A DNA stretch of 64,000 nt from positions 15,200-79,199 of the forward strand of contig JASEGV010000003.1 in assembly GCA_030017895.1 (NCBI GenBank), written 5' to 3'. The notes under the pieces are model-generated. The model did not search any database. It saw only the letters and a list, made by a program, of their open reading frames with translations, and had not been told where the DNA came from. Each line of letters starts with the position of its first letter. Position 1 is the first letter of the stretch. The translations under genes and the position numbers were made by a program. Positions 1 through 10,203 of this stretch are shown piece after piece. The DNA comes from Bacteroidota bacterium (lineage in GTDB: Bacteria > Bacteroidota > Ignavibacteria > UBA10030 > BY39).

Positions 1-60
1 CTAAAAAAAAATATCGTATATTGCGAACACAATAATATAAGTTATCGGATTAATATCTCA

Positions 61-2223
61 ATGCGTAAATATCTATTAATATTTGTCAGTTTGACGATTG
101 TAATATCATCAAGAATAATAACTCAAGAACATGAGCAGCAAACGTTTAACAAACCAACCGACAAGGATCAACGACAAGTTGTTAACGTCGGTAATTTACT
201 ATTAACGGTTACAAATTATGGGACATTAGGCACTCGGAATGCGTATTGGCCCCAGCAATTTGCTGCTGAATATCCGCGTGGCTCGCGAATCGAGCATCTT
301 TATCAAGGCGGTGTGTGGTTTGGCGCCATTTCCCGAAAACGAGGCAGAGCAGGTGTATCTACCGGTACCACAGACCGGAGCGGAAGTGGAACGACTGGAC
401 TTCATTATGAATTTTCGTCTGAACCGGGAGACCAGATTATAAAGCGTTCTATCGATCCTTTTGCAGGTCATCCGACCGAAGGCGCAGTGAGCGAATTGGA
501 TTTTGTTAGCGATTACACCGACAAATATACACGCGATCCAGTTACAGGCGATACGATTCCTTACCACATGCCTCTGGGTCTAACAGTTCATCAGGAAAGT
601 TATGCCTGGAATTTACCAACCGCCGATTTTTTTGTAATCTTAAGTTACACATTTAAAAACACCGGTTATCGCGACCCATCAACCGGAGTTACAGTCCGTG
701 ATACACTCGATTCAGTTTATGTCGGATTGTGGAACAATTTCGTTGTCCGTAATACTAATTTTGTCCGACCCGGAACAGGCGGCTACTTCAACGTTACAGC
801 CGGCTTTGATTCAGCCCGTAGAATGTCTTACGCTTTCGATTTCGATGGGAATAACCAAGGACCACCGGCAAACAGTTATATTGCAATGAAACTTCTCGGC
901 AGCACACCTTTTCCAAATGGAGTCGATTCAGCACTTGATTTAGCGACTAAAACTTATTTTAATGCCTGGACTTTCCGTACGGCTTCCGGTGAAATAGAAT
1001 ATTTTTCGCCAGCACCTGATGACGAAGACCCAACCCGTTGGATGAATCGTTATGCACGAATGACCACAACGATGTATCCGAAAAGTAAAATTGATGCACT
1101 ACGAACATCGCCAAAAAATTCAACCTTGCTCCTTACCGCCGGGCCTTATAAAACTTTATATCCGGGAGATAGTTTAACTGTAGTTTTTGGAATTGTTACA
1201 GCCAAAAAATTTGGGCAAGACCATGCTCGTTTTGATACACCGGAACAGCGTTCGATTTTATTTTCAAATTTAGCTTGGGCACAAAAAACTTACGACGGTG
1301 AAGACGCAAACGGTAATAATATTTTAGATGAAGGCGAAGATTTTAATGGTAACGGTATTTTAGATAGATACAGTTTACCTCAACCTCCACGCAGGCCCAA
1401 AGTTAGGGCTGAAGTATCCGACCGGAATGTTACATTATACTGGAACAAGCACACATCTGAAGAATCGGTCGATCCGATTACGCAAGAAAAAGATTTCGAA
1501 GGGTATCGTGTCTATCGCAGTAATGCCGGCGCCGATATCGCAGCCCCCGAAGATTTGTTATTTAACATGTCGCTTGTAGGCGAGTACGATTTACCAAACA
1601 ATAATATCGCATTCGATGTTGGGTTTAGTAAAATATTATTAGATACTGCAAAATATTTTCCGGGCGATACGGTTGCGTACTGGTATCGTTTTCCACCTGC
1701 AGAACTTGAGTTAACACACCTCAACGGTTGGCAATATGTTTACGGTATTACGGCATTTGATAGAGGCGATTCGGCAAATAAGCTTCCGAGTTTAGAAAGT
1801 TCTAAAATTTTAAAACGGGTGATTGCCGGAACAAATGCAACCTCCGACGCGAATAAGGAAATCGGAGTTTATCCTAATCCTTATTATGTGAAAGCATATT
1901 GGGAAGGTGCCACGGGCGGCGAACGAAACAAGAAACTTATTTTTTACAACTTACCAGCCCGATGCGAAATACGGGTTTATACATTAGCGGGCGACATAGT
2001 AAAAACAATAGACCACGATGCCGCAACTTACAGCGGATCGGATATTGAATGGTTCAGAAAATTTCAAACTATACAGGAGAAGATACAATTCTCAGGTGGC
2101 GAACACGCTTGGGATTTAATAACCAAGAGCGACCAAATTATAGCAACCGGCTTGTATTTGTTTAGTGTAAAAGATAATGATACAGGTAAAATTAAAATTG
2201 GAAAATTTTTAGTTATAAAATAA
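61..2223 (+). CDS. Secreted protein with thrombospondin-type-3-like Ca-binding repeats and a long T9SS-type (FlgD-Ig/Por-like) C-terminal sorting domain
   Basis: N-terminal signal peptide (MRKYLLIFVSLTIVISS). The repeat DANGNNILDEGEDFNGNGILD is Asp/Asn-rich and TSP3-like. The C-terminal ~110 aa starts with VYPNPYY and ends ...GLYLFSVKD..KIKIGKFLVIK, which resembles the Por secretion tail of the next gene but carries an insert. Confidence 0.6.
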   Translation: MRKYLLIFVSLTIVISSRIITQEHEQQTFNKPTDKDQRQVVNVGNLLLTVTNYGTLGTRNAYWPQQFAAEYPRGSRIEHLYQGGVWFGAISRKRGRAGVSTGTTDRSGSGTTGLHYEFSSEPGDQIIKRSIDPFAGHPTEGAVSELDFVSDYTDKYTRDPVTGDTIPYHMPLGLTVHQESYAWNLPTADFFVILSYTFKNTGYRDPSTGVTVRDTLDSVYVGLWNNFVVRNTNFVRPGTGGYFNVTAGFDSARRMSYAFDFDGNNQGPPANSYIAMKLLGSTPFPNGVDSALDLATKTYFNAWTFRTASGEIEYFSPAPDDEDPTRWMNRYARMTTTMYPKSKIDALRTSPKNSTLLLTAGPYKTLYPGDSLTVVFGIVTAKKFGQDHARFDTPEQRSILFSNLAWAQKTYDGEDANGNNILDEGEDFNGNGILDRYSLPQPPRRPKVRAEVSDRNVTLYWNKHTSEESVDPITQEKDFEGYRVYRSNAGADIAAPEDLLFNMSLVGEYDLPNNNIAFDVGFSKILLDTAKYFPGDTVAYWYRFPPAELELTHLNGWQYVYGITAFDRGDSANKLPSLESSKILKRVIAGTNATSDANKEIGVYPNPYYVKAYWEGATGGERNKKLIFYNLPARCEIRVYTLAGDIVKTIDHDAATYSGSDIEWFRKFQTIQEKIQFSGGEHAWDLITKSDQIIATGLYLFSVKDNDTGKIKIGKFLVIK

Positions 2224-2242
2224 TAATTCAGGAGATGAGAAA

Positions 2243-4471
2243 ATGAAAACATTGATAAAAGTTTTAGTAGTAGTATTCTTAGTAAGTTTTGTAAGTTCCG
2301 CACAAAGAGTTGAACGCACAATTAGCGATATCCAGAAAGTCTCAATTGATTCTTTACTATTAGCAGACGCTATTCAGTTGACAAATACTGCCAGGTGGAC
2401 CCTCCAGACTTCACCATACAGGTGGAAGACTACGACCCCGGCAATGACTGATACTATTACATTAACAGCTTTATGCCTTGTCCCACCTAAAGTCATTACA
2501 TACACAGCAACTGGATGGACAATGATATTGTCTGATACGGCACAACCTACAGAATGGGGTAATATATTTGTTCGTGCTTCCTCTGCTGATACAATTAATT
2601 TAATGAACAACGGTTTTTTAAACGTTACAAGAGGTGATATAATAAGAATTACTGGAATAGTTGAAGAATTTCCCATTGACAATATGAATAGCCTAACCCA
2701 ATTCAGACCATTGCCAGGATTTGCAATTGAAATTCTTGATAATGTACCGGAAACAATTTCTGGTCCTATTCCCAAAGCAGTAACTGATTTTCATAACGGA
2801 ACCGGAACGGGGGGGACTATTAGATACAGCACCGGTGAACCATTCGAGATGGCATACGTAGAACTTACTAATCTAACAGTAAACTATTATGTTAATTCTG
2901 GCAACGGTACTTTTAATATGGTTGATGCTAACGGTAATGAATTTTCGACTTATGACGCGTCTGGATATTATACACTTAGAGTTTTCCGAAATCCTCTATC
3001 AACTTATACATTACCATCGTTAAATACAAAAGTTGATACAATTAGAGGATATGTTTGGACTTCTTCTGGTGTGGAAAATTCACGCGGATACAGAATTTGC
3101 CCGATGTATCCAGGTGATATAGTTTTTGGTGCTGTTTTACCGGGTGTAAGTTCTGTTCGTCGTTATCCCGTTTTAGTAACTCCTGTCGACAGCGTTTTAG
3201 TAACAGCAAGAGTTTTTCAACAGCCCGGTGGGGCACCTGTTGACAGTGCAAAACTTTTTTATAGTATCAACAACGCTGCATTTAAATCAATAAAAATGGC
3301 AACTATTATTGGAGATTCAGTAGGAACATATATTCCTCTTCAAACCGCAAATGTTTTTGTTAGATATTACGTTACTGCATACGATAGTGCGGGTTATACA
3401 ACAACAATTGCAAATCCAAGTCCAGATTATTCTACAAATAGTGCAAGGGGATTCTTCTTCTATTATGTGTTAGATAGGCCCACAACAATACGCGATATTC
3501 AATATTCTCCATTCTCACATGGTCGTGGTCCTTTAACAGGTGCAATTGCCACCGCATCTGGTATAATTACAGCCGACACTACACAACTTGGTTTATCACC
3601 TTATGGACCTTTCACAGCTTATGGTACCAACGTTTGGTACCTACAAACTGGCAAAGATCCCTGGAACGGAATATGGATAAGCAGCGTAGAGCCTACTATG
3701 GGACATGTAAACTTGGGTGATAGTGTAACGGTAACTGGAATAGTTTCCGAATTAAATGAAGTTACTAACCTTTATGCAATTTCAGATGTACAAGTGCATT
3801 CATCAGGGAATCCTATTCCAACACCCTCTTCAATTCCATGTAAAGACATCGGTTTTGGTGTAAGTAACGGAACCCCATCAGCTGAAAAGTGGGAAGGAAT
3901 GTTAGTTCAATTAAACAATCTTACTGTTACAAATATTTATCCGACATTTGTCGATCCAACAGAATATGAAGTTAGCGATGGAACAGGGTCTGTTATTATT
4001 CGCCGCGACGGAAAAAATAATATTTCCAATGTTCCCGGCGATACCGTCGGTGGATTTAATTTTAGAATACTAAATGTTGGCGATAAGATAAGTTATATTC
4101 AAGGTATATTACACTTTAGTGCCCGAAGATATAAGTTAGTTCCACGAACAAATTCAGATTTTGGTGTAATAACTTCTGTTCAAGAGGTTCCGAATGCCTC
4201 GCTTCCAACTCAATACCAGTTAACCAACAACTATCCAAATCCGTTCAACCCTACAACCGTTATTGAGTATGCGCTTCCGAGAGAAGAGTTTGTAACGCTT
4301 AAAATTTATAACATAATCGGTCAGGAAGTTGCGATATTGAAAAACGAGGTCCAAAAAGCCGGCACCTACCGTGTGAATTTCGACGGCTCAAAATTAGCTT
4401 CCGGAGTTTATTTCTATCGTTTACAAACAAGCAGCTTTACACAAATAAAGAAAATGGCACTTGTAAAATAA
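2243..4471 (+). CDS. T9SS C-terminal-target-domain (Por secretion tail) secreted protein, function unknown
   Basis: Signal peptide present. The C-terminal NYPNPFNPTTVIEYALP...LKIYNIIGQEVAIL...ASGVYFYRLQTSSFTQIKKMALVK matches the canonical TIGR04183-type T9SS sorting domain. Confidence 0.7.
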   Translation: MKTLIKVLVVVFLVSFVSSAQRVERTISDIQKVSIDSLLLADAIQLTNTARWTLQTSPYRWKTTTPAMTDTITLTALCLVPPKVITYTATGWTMILSDTAQPTEWGNIFVRASSADTINLMNNGFLNVTRGDIIRITGIVEEFPIDNMNSLTQFRPLPGFAIEILDNVPETISGPIPKAVTDFHNGTGTGGTIRYSTGEPFEMAYVELTNLTVNYYVNSGNGTFNMVDANGNEFSTYDASGYYTLRVFRNPLSTYTLPSLNTKVDTIRGYVWTSSGVENSRGYRICPMYPGDIVFGAVLPGVSSVRRYPVLVTPVDSVLVTARVFQQPGGAPVDSAKLFYSINNAAFKSIKMATIIGDSVGTYIPLQTANVFVRYYVTAYDSAGYTTTIANPSPDYSTNSARGFFFYYVLDRPTTIRDIQYSPFSHGRGPLTGAIATASGIITADTTQLGLSPYGPFTAYGTNVWYLQTGKDPWNGIWISSVEPTMGHVNLGDSVTVTGIVSELNEVTNLYAISDVQVHSSGNPIPTPSSIPCKDIGFGVSNGTPSAEKWEGMLVQLNNLTVTNIYPTFVDPTEYEVSDGTGSVIIRRDGKNNISNVPGDTVGGFNFRILNVGDKISYIQGILHFSARRYKLVPRTNSDFGVITSVQEVPNASLPTQYQLTNNYPNPFNPTTVIEYALPREEFVTLKIYNIIGQEVAILKNEVQKAGTYRVNFDGSKLASGVYFYRLQTSSFTQIKKMALVK

Positions 4472-4503
4472 CAGGTTCTACCTTTAAATCGGAGTAATTA
4501 TTA

Positions 4504-6273
4504 ATGAATAATATTATTAAAGTCGGAATATTTCTTCTACTGTTTGGATCTCTGTTTTTAAGTTGCACTAAAGAAGGTCCTAATAATCCGAAAGCAAACT
4601 TATTACCTAAAACATATCTGTGGATTCAAACAGATACATCGCATAACTTGTCGCCAACAATCAGCCGGCAAATAATACGCTGGTGGGGCGAAGACCCCGA
4701 TGGATTTGTGCGTGGATATCTCTTCTCCTACTTTAACACCGATAGTGTTATAGCCGGACAAATTCCTGATACTCTTGGTTACAGTTGGGTTGTTAAGAAC
4801 GATTCTTTAATTGCATTCCCCCTTTATACTGCTCGCGAAAGATTTACAGTGATTGTTCGTGCTGTAGATAATTCGTTTCGTGATGATATTGAAGTCGGCG
4901 CTAACATCCGGTTAAAACCTTTCCCATATTGGGATAAAAATTTCAACGGTATATTTGATGATTCCGATTCGAGATTGACCGGCTTTATCGGCGCTGCTGA
5001 CCCAATTGGCGCAAAACAGATTTTCCCAATTAAGAATACTCCTCCTACAGTTGAGTTTGCCACAGACCCGCTTGACCCGTTAAAAACGGTTCAACAACCT
5101 GATACCACTTTTACAGTTGCTACATTTACATGGATTGGTAAAGACTTAGATGGCGACAAAACTATAAAGAGTTATAGAATAAACTTAAATAACCCAAACG
5201 ACAGTTCTATGTGGTTTGAATTTCCGGCTAAACATACGATGATAACGCTTGAAGCTCCGAGATCAAGAACCGATGACGCAACAGGCGAAGTAGATGCCGA
5301 CGTTTATGTTGGAATATTTCCGAATATGAACAAAATAGGGCAAGTTTCGGGATTGCGTTTAGACGACACTAATAAAATTTATTTGCAAGCTAAAGATTTA
5401 GCTTCAGAAAACAGTCCGACGGTATATCTTCCTGATGGTGCCCGCAAATGGTTCGTAAAAAAACCGAAAAGTAATTTATTGACGATATCAAACTACGGTG
5501 CAGGCGACTATGCTACTGTTATTGGTTTTTATAGAAAAGCTTTTGCTGCTATCGACACTTTAGAGGGTGTAACCTCACCTCGTAATTTCGGCAATTTCGA
5601 CCTTCTTGATATCCGTCGCGGAGCAACCGATCGCGTTGTTGGATTATTAGTACCACCGATTTTAAATCCGGCTTTTATACGGACATTAAAACTTTTTGAG
5701 TATGTTTTTTGGTTCACCGATTATATACCTGACACATGGACGCACATGCAAGCCGTAGCACAGTTTCCATTATATTTGTATAACGGATCTGGCGGCAAAG
5801 TTTTATACTCAACTCGCTTCGGTTACTTCTTAGGCGATCCTCGCGGCGCCCTCGTCGATTTTGCACCAGTCGATTTAGTCGGAAGTGTCTTAATCGATAC
5901 ACGTATTCCGAACGATTGGCCCATTTATCCTGACTCAACTTATCCTTCTGGATATTATCCGACTCTACGATTCAATCCCGCTGCAACTTTAGGTGCAGCA
6001 CATTCATTATTCGTTCGAGATATATACAAACGTGCCGATGCGAGATATATTTTAAGCATCCCGCCTGTCCCGGGACGTGTTCCACCAAGTGCTTTTTGGA
6101 ATGGTCCAGTAAACATCGGTGTAATAGATGAAGCTAAAACATTTGTGTTCCTGAGTCAACCGTTGCACTTAATGAATGGTGCCGAAAAAGTTTGGCCCAC
6201 TCGACCGGGTGTTGCGGGTAAAGGGGTTCCGGCATTTTTGAAAAAAGTTTTTATTGATGAGTTTGGCGGTTAA
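4504..6273 (+). CDS. Lipoprotein, function unknown
   Basis: Signal peptide with lipobox (LFGSLFLSC). Long ORF co-directional and tightly spaced with its neighbours. No recognised catalytic motif. Confidence 0.55.
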   Translation: MNNIIKVGIFLLLFGSLFLSCTKEGPNNPKANLLPKTYLWIQTDTSHNLSPTISRQIIRWWGEDPDGFVRGYLFSYFNTDSVIAGQIPDTLGYSWVVKNDSLIAFPLYTARERFTVIVRAVDNSFRDDIEVGANIRLKPFPYWDKNFNGIFDDSDSRLTGFIGAADPIGAKQIFPIKNTPPTVEFATDPLDPLKTVQQPDTTFTVATFTWIGKDLDGDKTIKSYRINLNNPNDSSMWFEFPAKHTMITLEAPRSRTDDATGEVDADVYVGIFPNMNKIGQVSGLRLDDTNKIYLQAKDLASENSPTVYLPDGARKWFVKKPKSNLLTISNYGAGDYATVIGFYRKAFAAIDTLEGVTSPRNFGNFDLLDIRRGATDRVVGLLVPPILNPAFIRTLKLFEYVFWFTDYIPDTWTHMQAVAQFPLYLYNGSGGKVLYSTRFGYFLGDPRGALVDFAPVDLVGSVLIDTRIPNDWPIYPDSTYPSGYYPTLRFNPAATLGAAHSLFVRDIYKRADARYILSIPPVPGRVPPSAFWNGPVNIGVIDEAKTFVFLSQPLHLMNGAEKVWPTRPGVAGKGVPAFLKKVFIDEFGG

Positions 6274-6304
6274 TTTTCATACATCGTATTGGAGTTTATA
6301 AACA

Positions 6305-9154
6305 ATGAAAAATATTTTAATCTTAATTTTATTCTTAGCTGCACAATTAGCTTTTACACAACCAAAAGGCAGCATCAGCGGCTCTGTAACCGATAAGTCA
6401 ACAGGTGAATCGTTACCGAGCGTGAACGTGATAGTTAAAGGCACCTACTATGGCGCCTCATCTGATTTTGATGGAAAGTTTACTATCCAAAATATCACAG
6501 TCGGTTCATATACAATCGAAGTTACTTTGTTAGGCTACAAAACAGTTCAATATACCGGTGTAAAAGTAATTGCAAGCGAGGTAACAAAATTAAATGTTAA
6601 ATTAGAAGAAACGGTTTTGTCCGTTGGTCAGGAAGTTGTAATTATCGGTGAGAAGCCCCTCTTCAACATCGAAGAAACATCAAGCCGGCGTTCAATAACC
6701 AGTGAAGATATCCAACTTGCAGTAGTAAAAGATGTTCGCGATGTTGTTTCGCTTCAAATCGGTGTTGTTCAATCAGATAACGAAATATATATTCGCGGCG
6801 GAAGAGGTTACGAGAACGCATATCTGATTGATGGTGTTTCTGTTCAAGACCCATTAGCAGGTCGTGGTTTTGGTTTACAAGTAGCTCCTCAAGCGATTGC
6901 CGAAGTTGAAGTTATTACCGGAGGGTATAATGCCGAGTACGGTCAGGCAACATCCGGCGTAGTAAATATTACCACAAAAGAAGGTGCAAAATTTTTCTCA
7001 GGGTCGATGGGTTATAAACGGGATCATTTTGGTTTTAACAATACCTCACGCTCAAACTTTAATACAGATATTTACGATTTTAATTTAAGTGGTCCCGAAC
7101 CTCTTACTACCTATGTATTACCTGAATTAGGATTGAACATACCAGGCAATTTAAGTTTTTTTGGAAATTTTTATTCAAACCTGACTGATGGTTTTACGCG
7201 TTGGGTCGAAAATATAGTAGGTGGTAAACCACAAGGTTATAAACTTTATGCACCTAAGGGTTTAAATTCTTCTATATTTTATGGTAGGCGCTTTTCACCG
7301 AAAAGAAGTAACAGCTATTCTGCTCTCGGTAAACTCACTTACAAACCGGTAGCAACAATGAAACTTTCCTATACTTTCAATCAATCGGTTCAAATCGATC
7401 AGAACTCACAAACAGTGCAAGCTACATTGGATAGGGTAGAGCCAAATCCGGGCTATCAGTTCTCCTTCCAAAATATTCCGGATAGCGCAAACACATTTAC
7501 ATCCATCAATCAACAAAATAGTTTGAGTTGGACTCATACCATTAGTCCAAAAACTTTTTACGAAATCCGTTTAAGCTATTACTCGGCACATGTCCGTGGT
7601 GATGCGAACGGTAAAACCTGGGAACAATACCTTGAGCCGAAAGACATTGTTTCTTATCCGGTTGAGTACTTTTACCCAAATCCAGATTCAAGAGATACGA
7701 TATATGTAATACCCGGAGATGGGTTCTATGATTTTGGAAGTCCTTCGACGTGGCGCGACCATCATCTGAACGAATTTACTTTTAAATTTGATTTGACCAG
7801 CAATCCAACCGATAATCATAAACTGAAAGCCGGAATTGAAACCCGTTTTCAAGAAATGCAAATGGTTGATATTTTTCAGCCATGGATAAAACCATTAGGT
7901 TTTGATAACGACATATTTAAAGTATATCCGGCATTCGGTGCAATTTATGCACAGGATGGTGTTTCGATGAGCGGAATGATATTGAACTTCGGTTTACGTT
8001 TCGATTATTGGTTCCCGGGAAAATATGTTGATGATGCAATGGAAAAAGGGACAGCTATTTTGGTGCCTCAAGCTATTCAGGAAAATTTTAAAAAGGATAG
8101 CTACAAATTTTTCGGACAATACTGGAAAGCTCGTATAAGTCCACGACTCGGTATATCGCATCCTGTAACTGATAACCAGACTTTATTCTTTTCGTACGGA
8201 CATTTTTCCAAATTACCACGCCCTCAATTTGTTTATTCAAAATTAAGCGGAACTCGTTCGCGTTCGTCTTTCCAAACTATTGGAAATCCAAACTTGAATC
8301 CTGAAACTACAGTCGCTTACGAATTAGGTTTACGAAATCAAATCACCGAAAATGATGTTCTGACAGTTACTGCTTTTTATAAAGACATTTTCGATTATAT
8401 AACTGCAAAACAATTTCGTGCTACTGTTATCGGAACAATCCGGGGTGTTTATACAATCTATATCAATCAGGATTATGCACGCGTACGCGGGCTTGAGTTA
8501 GAATATAAAACCCGTATTGGCAAGATGCTACGCTTAAGTTTGTCTGGTACATATAATATTGCTACCGGTAAAAGTTCTTCGGCTAACGAGAACGTGTTCA
8601 ACATCCAGCAGGGACTTGAAGAAAACTTAAAAGAGTCGTTTGTAATCTGGGACAGACCATTTCAGGGTTCTGCAAATATAAATTTCTTTGTTGCAAAAAA
8701 TAATCCCTTATTTGGTTTTGGAAGCGGCATCTTGGATGATTACAATGTTTACCTCAGGGTGTTTTATCAATCAGGCAAACGCTATACTCCACAAATATTT
8801 TACAGAATTAATCCTACTACCGGCAGACCCGAATATAGAAGCGACCGTGAAAATCCTTACAGCAAAATCGGACAAGATTGGTTCTATGTCGATTTAAATT
8901 TCGAGAAGTATATTAATTTAGGTTTCGGGAAATTCGTTTTCACTTTCGAAATGCAGAATATTTTTGACAGAAAAAATTCTCAAATCCTGAACCCTATAAC
9001 AGGAACTGCCTACGAATACGGACAAATAACACCAGTTGATTGGAACGACCCTACATATCGGGATTTAACAGCACCAATCGATCCGCTGCCTTACAATGCG
9101 GCTCGTTATTTAACCCCTCGTACTTTTAAAATGGGGCTATCATTCAGATTTTAA
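6305..9154 (+). CDS. TonB-dependent receptor with N-terminal carboxypeptidase-regulatory-like domain
   Basis: Signal peptide. CarbopepD_reg-like N-terminus (GSISGSVTDKSTGESLPSVNVIVKGT...GSYTIEVTLLGYK). Plug motif (IYIRGGRGYENAYLIDGVSVQDP). Long beta-barrel region ending in a terminal aromatic (…MGLSFRF). Confidence 0.8.
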   Translation: MKNILILILFLAAQLAFTQPKGSISGSVTDKSTGESLPSVNVIVKGTYYGASSDFDGKFTIQNITVGSYTIEVTLLGYKTVQYTGVKVIASEVTKLNVKLEETVLSVGQEVVIIGEKPLFNIEETSSRRSITSEDIQLAVVKDVRDVVSLQIGVVQSDNEIYIRGGRGYENAYLIDGVSVQDPLAGRGFGLQVAPQAIAEVEVITGGYNAEYGQATSGVVNITTKEGAKFFSGSMGYKRDHFGFNNTSRSNFNTDIYDFNLSGPEPLTTYVLPELGLNIPGNLSFFGNFYSNLTDGFTRWVENIVGGKPQGYKLYAPKGLNSSIFYGRRFSPKRSNSYSALGKLTYKPVATMKLSYTFNQSVQIDQNSQTVQATLDRVEPNPGYQFSFQNIPDSANTFTSINQQNSLSWTHTISPKTFYEIRLSYYSAHVRGDANGKTWEQYLEPKDIVSYPVEYFYPNPDSRDTIYVIPGDGFYDFGSPSTWRDHHLNEFTFKFDLTSNPTDNHKLKAGIETRFQEMQMVDIFQPWIKPLGFDNDIFKVYPAFGAIYAQDGVSMSGMILNFGLRFDYWFPGKYVDDAMEKGTAILVPQAIQENFKKDSYKFFGQYWKARISPRLGISHPVTDNQTLFFSYGHFSKLPRPQFVYSKLSGTRSRSSFQTIGNPNLNPETTVAYELGLRNQITENDVLTVTAFYKDIFDYITAKQFRATVIGTIRGVYTIYINQDYARVRGLELEYKTRIGKMLRLSLSGTYNIATGKSSSANENVFNIQQGLEENLKESFVIWDRPFQGSANINFFVAKNNPLFGFGSGILDDYNVYLRVFYQSGKRYTPQIFYRINPTTGRPEYRSDRENPYSKIGQDWFYVDLNFEKYINLGFGKFVFTFEMQNIFDRKNSQILNPITGTAYEYGQITPVDWNDPTYRDLTAPIDPLPYNAARYLTPRTFKMGLSFRF

Positions 9155-9162
9155 AACTTTTT

Positions 9163-10197
9163 ATGAGAGTGAATTTCATGAAGCATATTCCAAAAATAAT
9201 AAAATATCTATTATCAGTAACATTATTTACTTCAATTACCAATGCTCAACTTATTCCTAATTTAGGCGGGCAGCGTGTGGGTATTTCAGCTTACCAGTTT
9301 TTAAAAATTGGAGTGGGTGCCCGTGCTACTGCTTTCGGCGATGCTTACGTGGCAATAGCTAACGATGCATCGGCACTATTTTGGAATCCTGCTGGCTTGG
9401 TTTACCTTCCGGGACATCAAGTTTTCTTGGCACACACACAATACGTTGCCGACATCAATCACGATTTCATCGGGGCTGCTTACAAATTATCCTCATCCGA
9501 TGTGATTGGTTTGAGTGTTTTATCGCTTAGCACAGATGATATGCCAATCACGAACGAAACAAATCCTTTCGGAACAGGACGGTATTTTAAATACAGCGAT
9601 ATAGCAGTTGGTTTAACTTATTCAAGGCAAATGACAAGTCAGTTCAGCTTCGGTGCAACTGTTAAGTATGTAGAAGAAACTTTAGATATTTTAAAGATGC
9701 GAAGCGTTTTAGTTGATATAGGTACTTACTACTGGACTGGTTTAGGTTCAGTACGATTTGCGGTCGTGGTATCAAATTTCGGCGGCGATGTTTCTCCCTC
9801 AGGTACAGTTGAATTGTATGATGGAAATAAGATAACGAATTTTCAATCCTATTCACCTCCCACACTTTTTAAAATGGGTATTGCTTTTGAACCTTATCAA
9901 ACTGAAATGCACCGTGTAACAACCTCAATTCAATTAAATCATCCAAACGACAATGCCGAAAATATTCGGCTCGGTGGCGAGTATAGCTGGAAAGAAATGT
10001 TTTTCATCCGGGCAGGAGTCAAACGAACAATCGGCGAAAGTATATTCGGCAAAGATGGAACTTCGGAAGAGGATATTTCTTTAGGAGCCGGCGTGAAAGT
10101 ACCAATCAGTATTGCAAAAATTGATGTCGATTATGCTTATTCTAATTTTAACAGGTTAGGCAGCATTCACAGAATATCATTAAATTTTACATATTAA
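9163..10197 (+). CDS. Outer-membrane beta-barrel protein, PorV/PorQ-family-like (putative T9SS-associated)
   Basis: Signal peptide. N-terminal motif GVGARATAFGDAYVAIANDASALFWNPAGL, recalled from memory as typical of the PorV/PorQ (and UPF0164) families. Alternating beta-strand pattern with a C-terminal ...LNFTY. Confidence 0.45.
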   Translation: MRVNFMKHIPKIIKYLLSVTLFTSITNAQLIPNLGGQRVGISAYQFLKIGVGARATAFGDAYVAIANDASALFWNPAGLVYLPGHQVFLAHTQYVADINHDFIGAAYKLSSSDVIGLSVLSLSTDDMPITNETNPFGTGRYFKYSDIAVGLTYSRQMTSQFSFGATVKYVEETLDILKMRSVLVDIGTYYWTGLGSVRFAVVVSNFGGDVSPSGTVELYDGNKITNFQSYSPPTLFKMGIAFEPYQTEMHRVTTSIQLNHPNDNAENIRLGGEYSWKEMFFIRAGVKRTIGESIFGKDGTSEEDISLGAGVKVPISIAKIDVDYAYSNFNRLGSIHRISLNFTY

Positions 10198-10203
10198 AGT
10201 CTT

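Noticed and set aside
2374-2775. 133-aa minus-strand ORF
   Set aside because: Antisense to the T9SS cargo gene. No start context or motifs.
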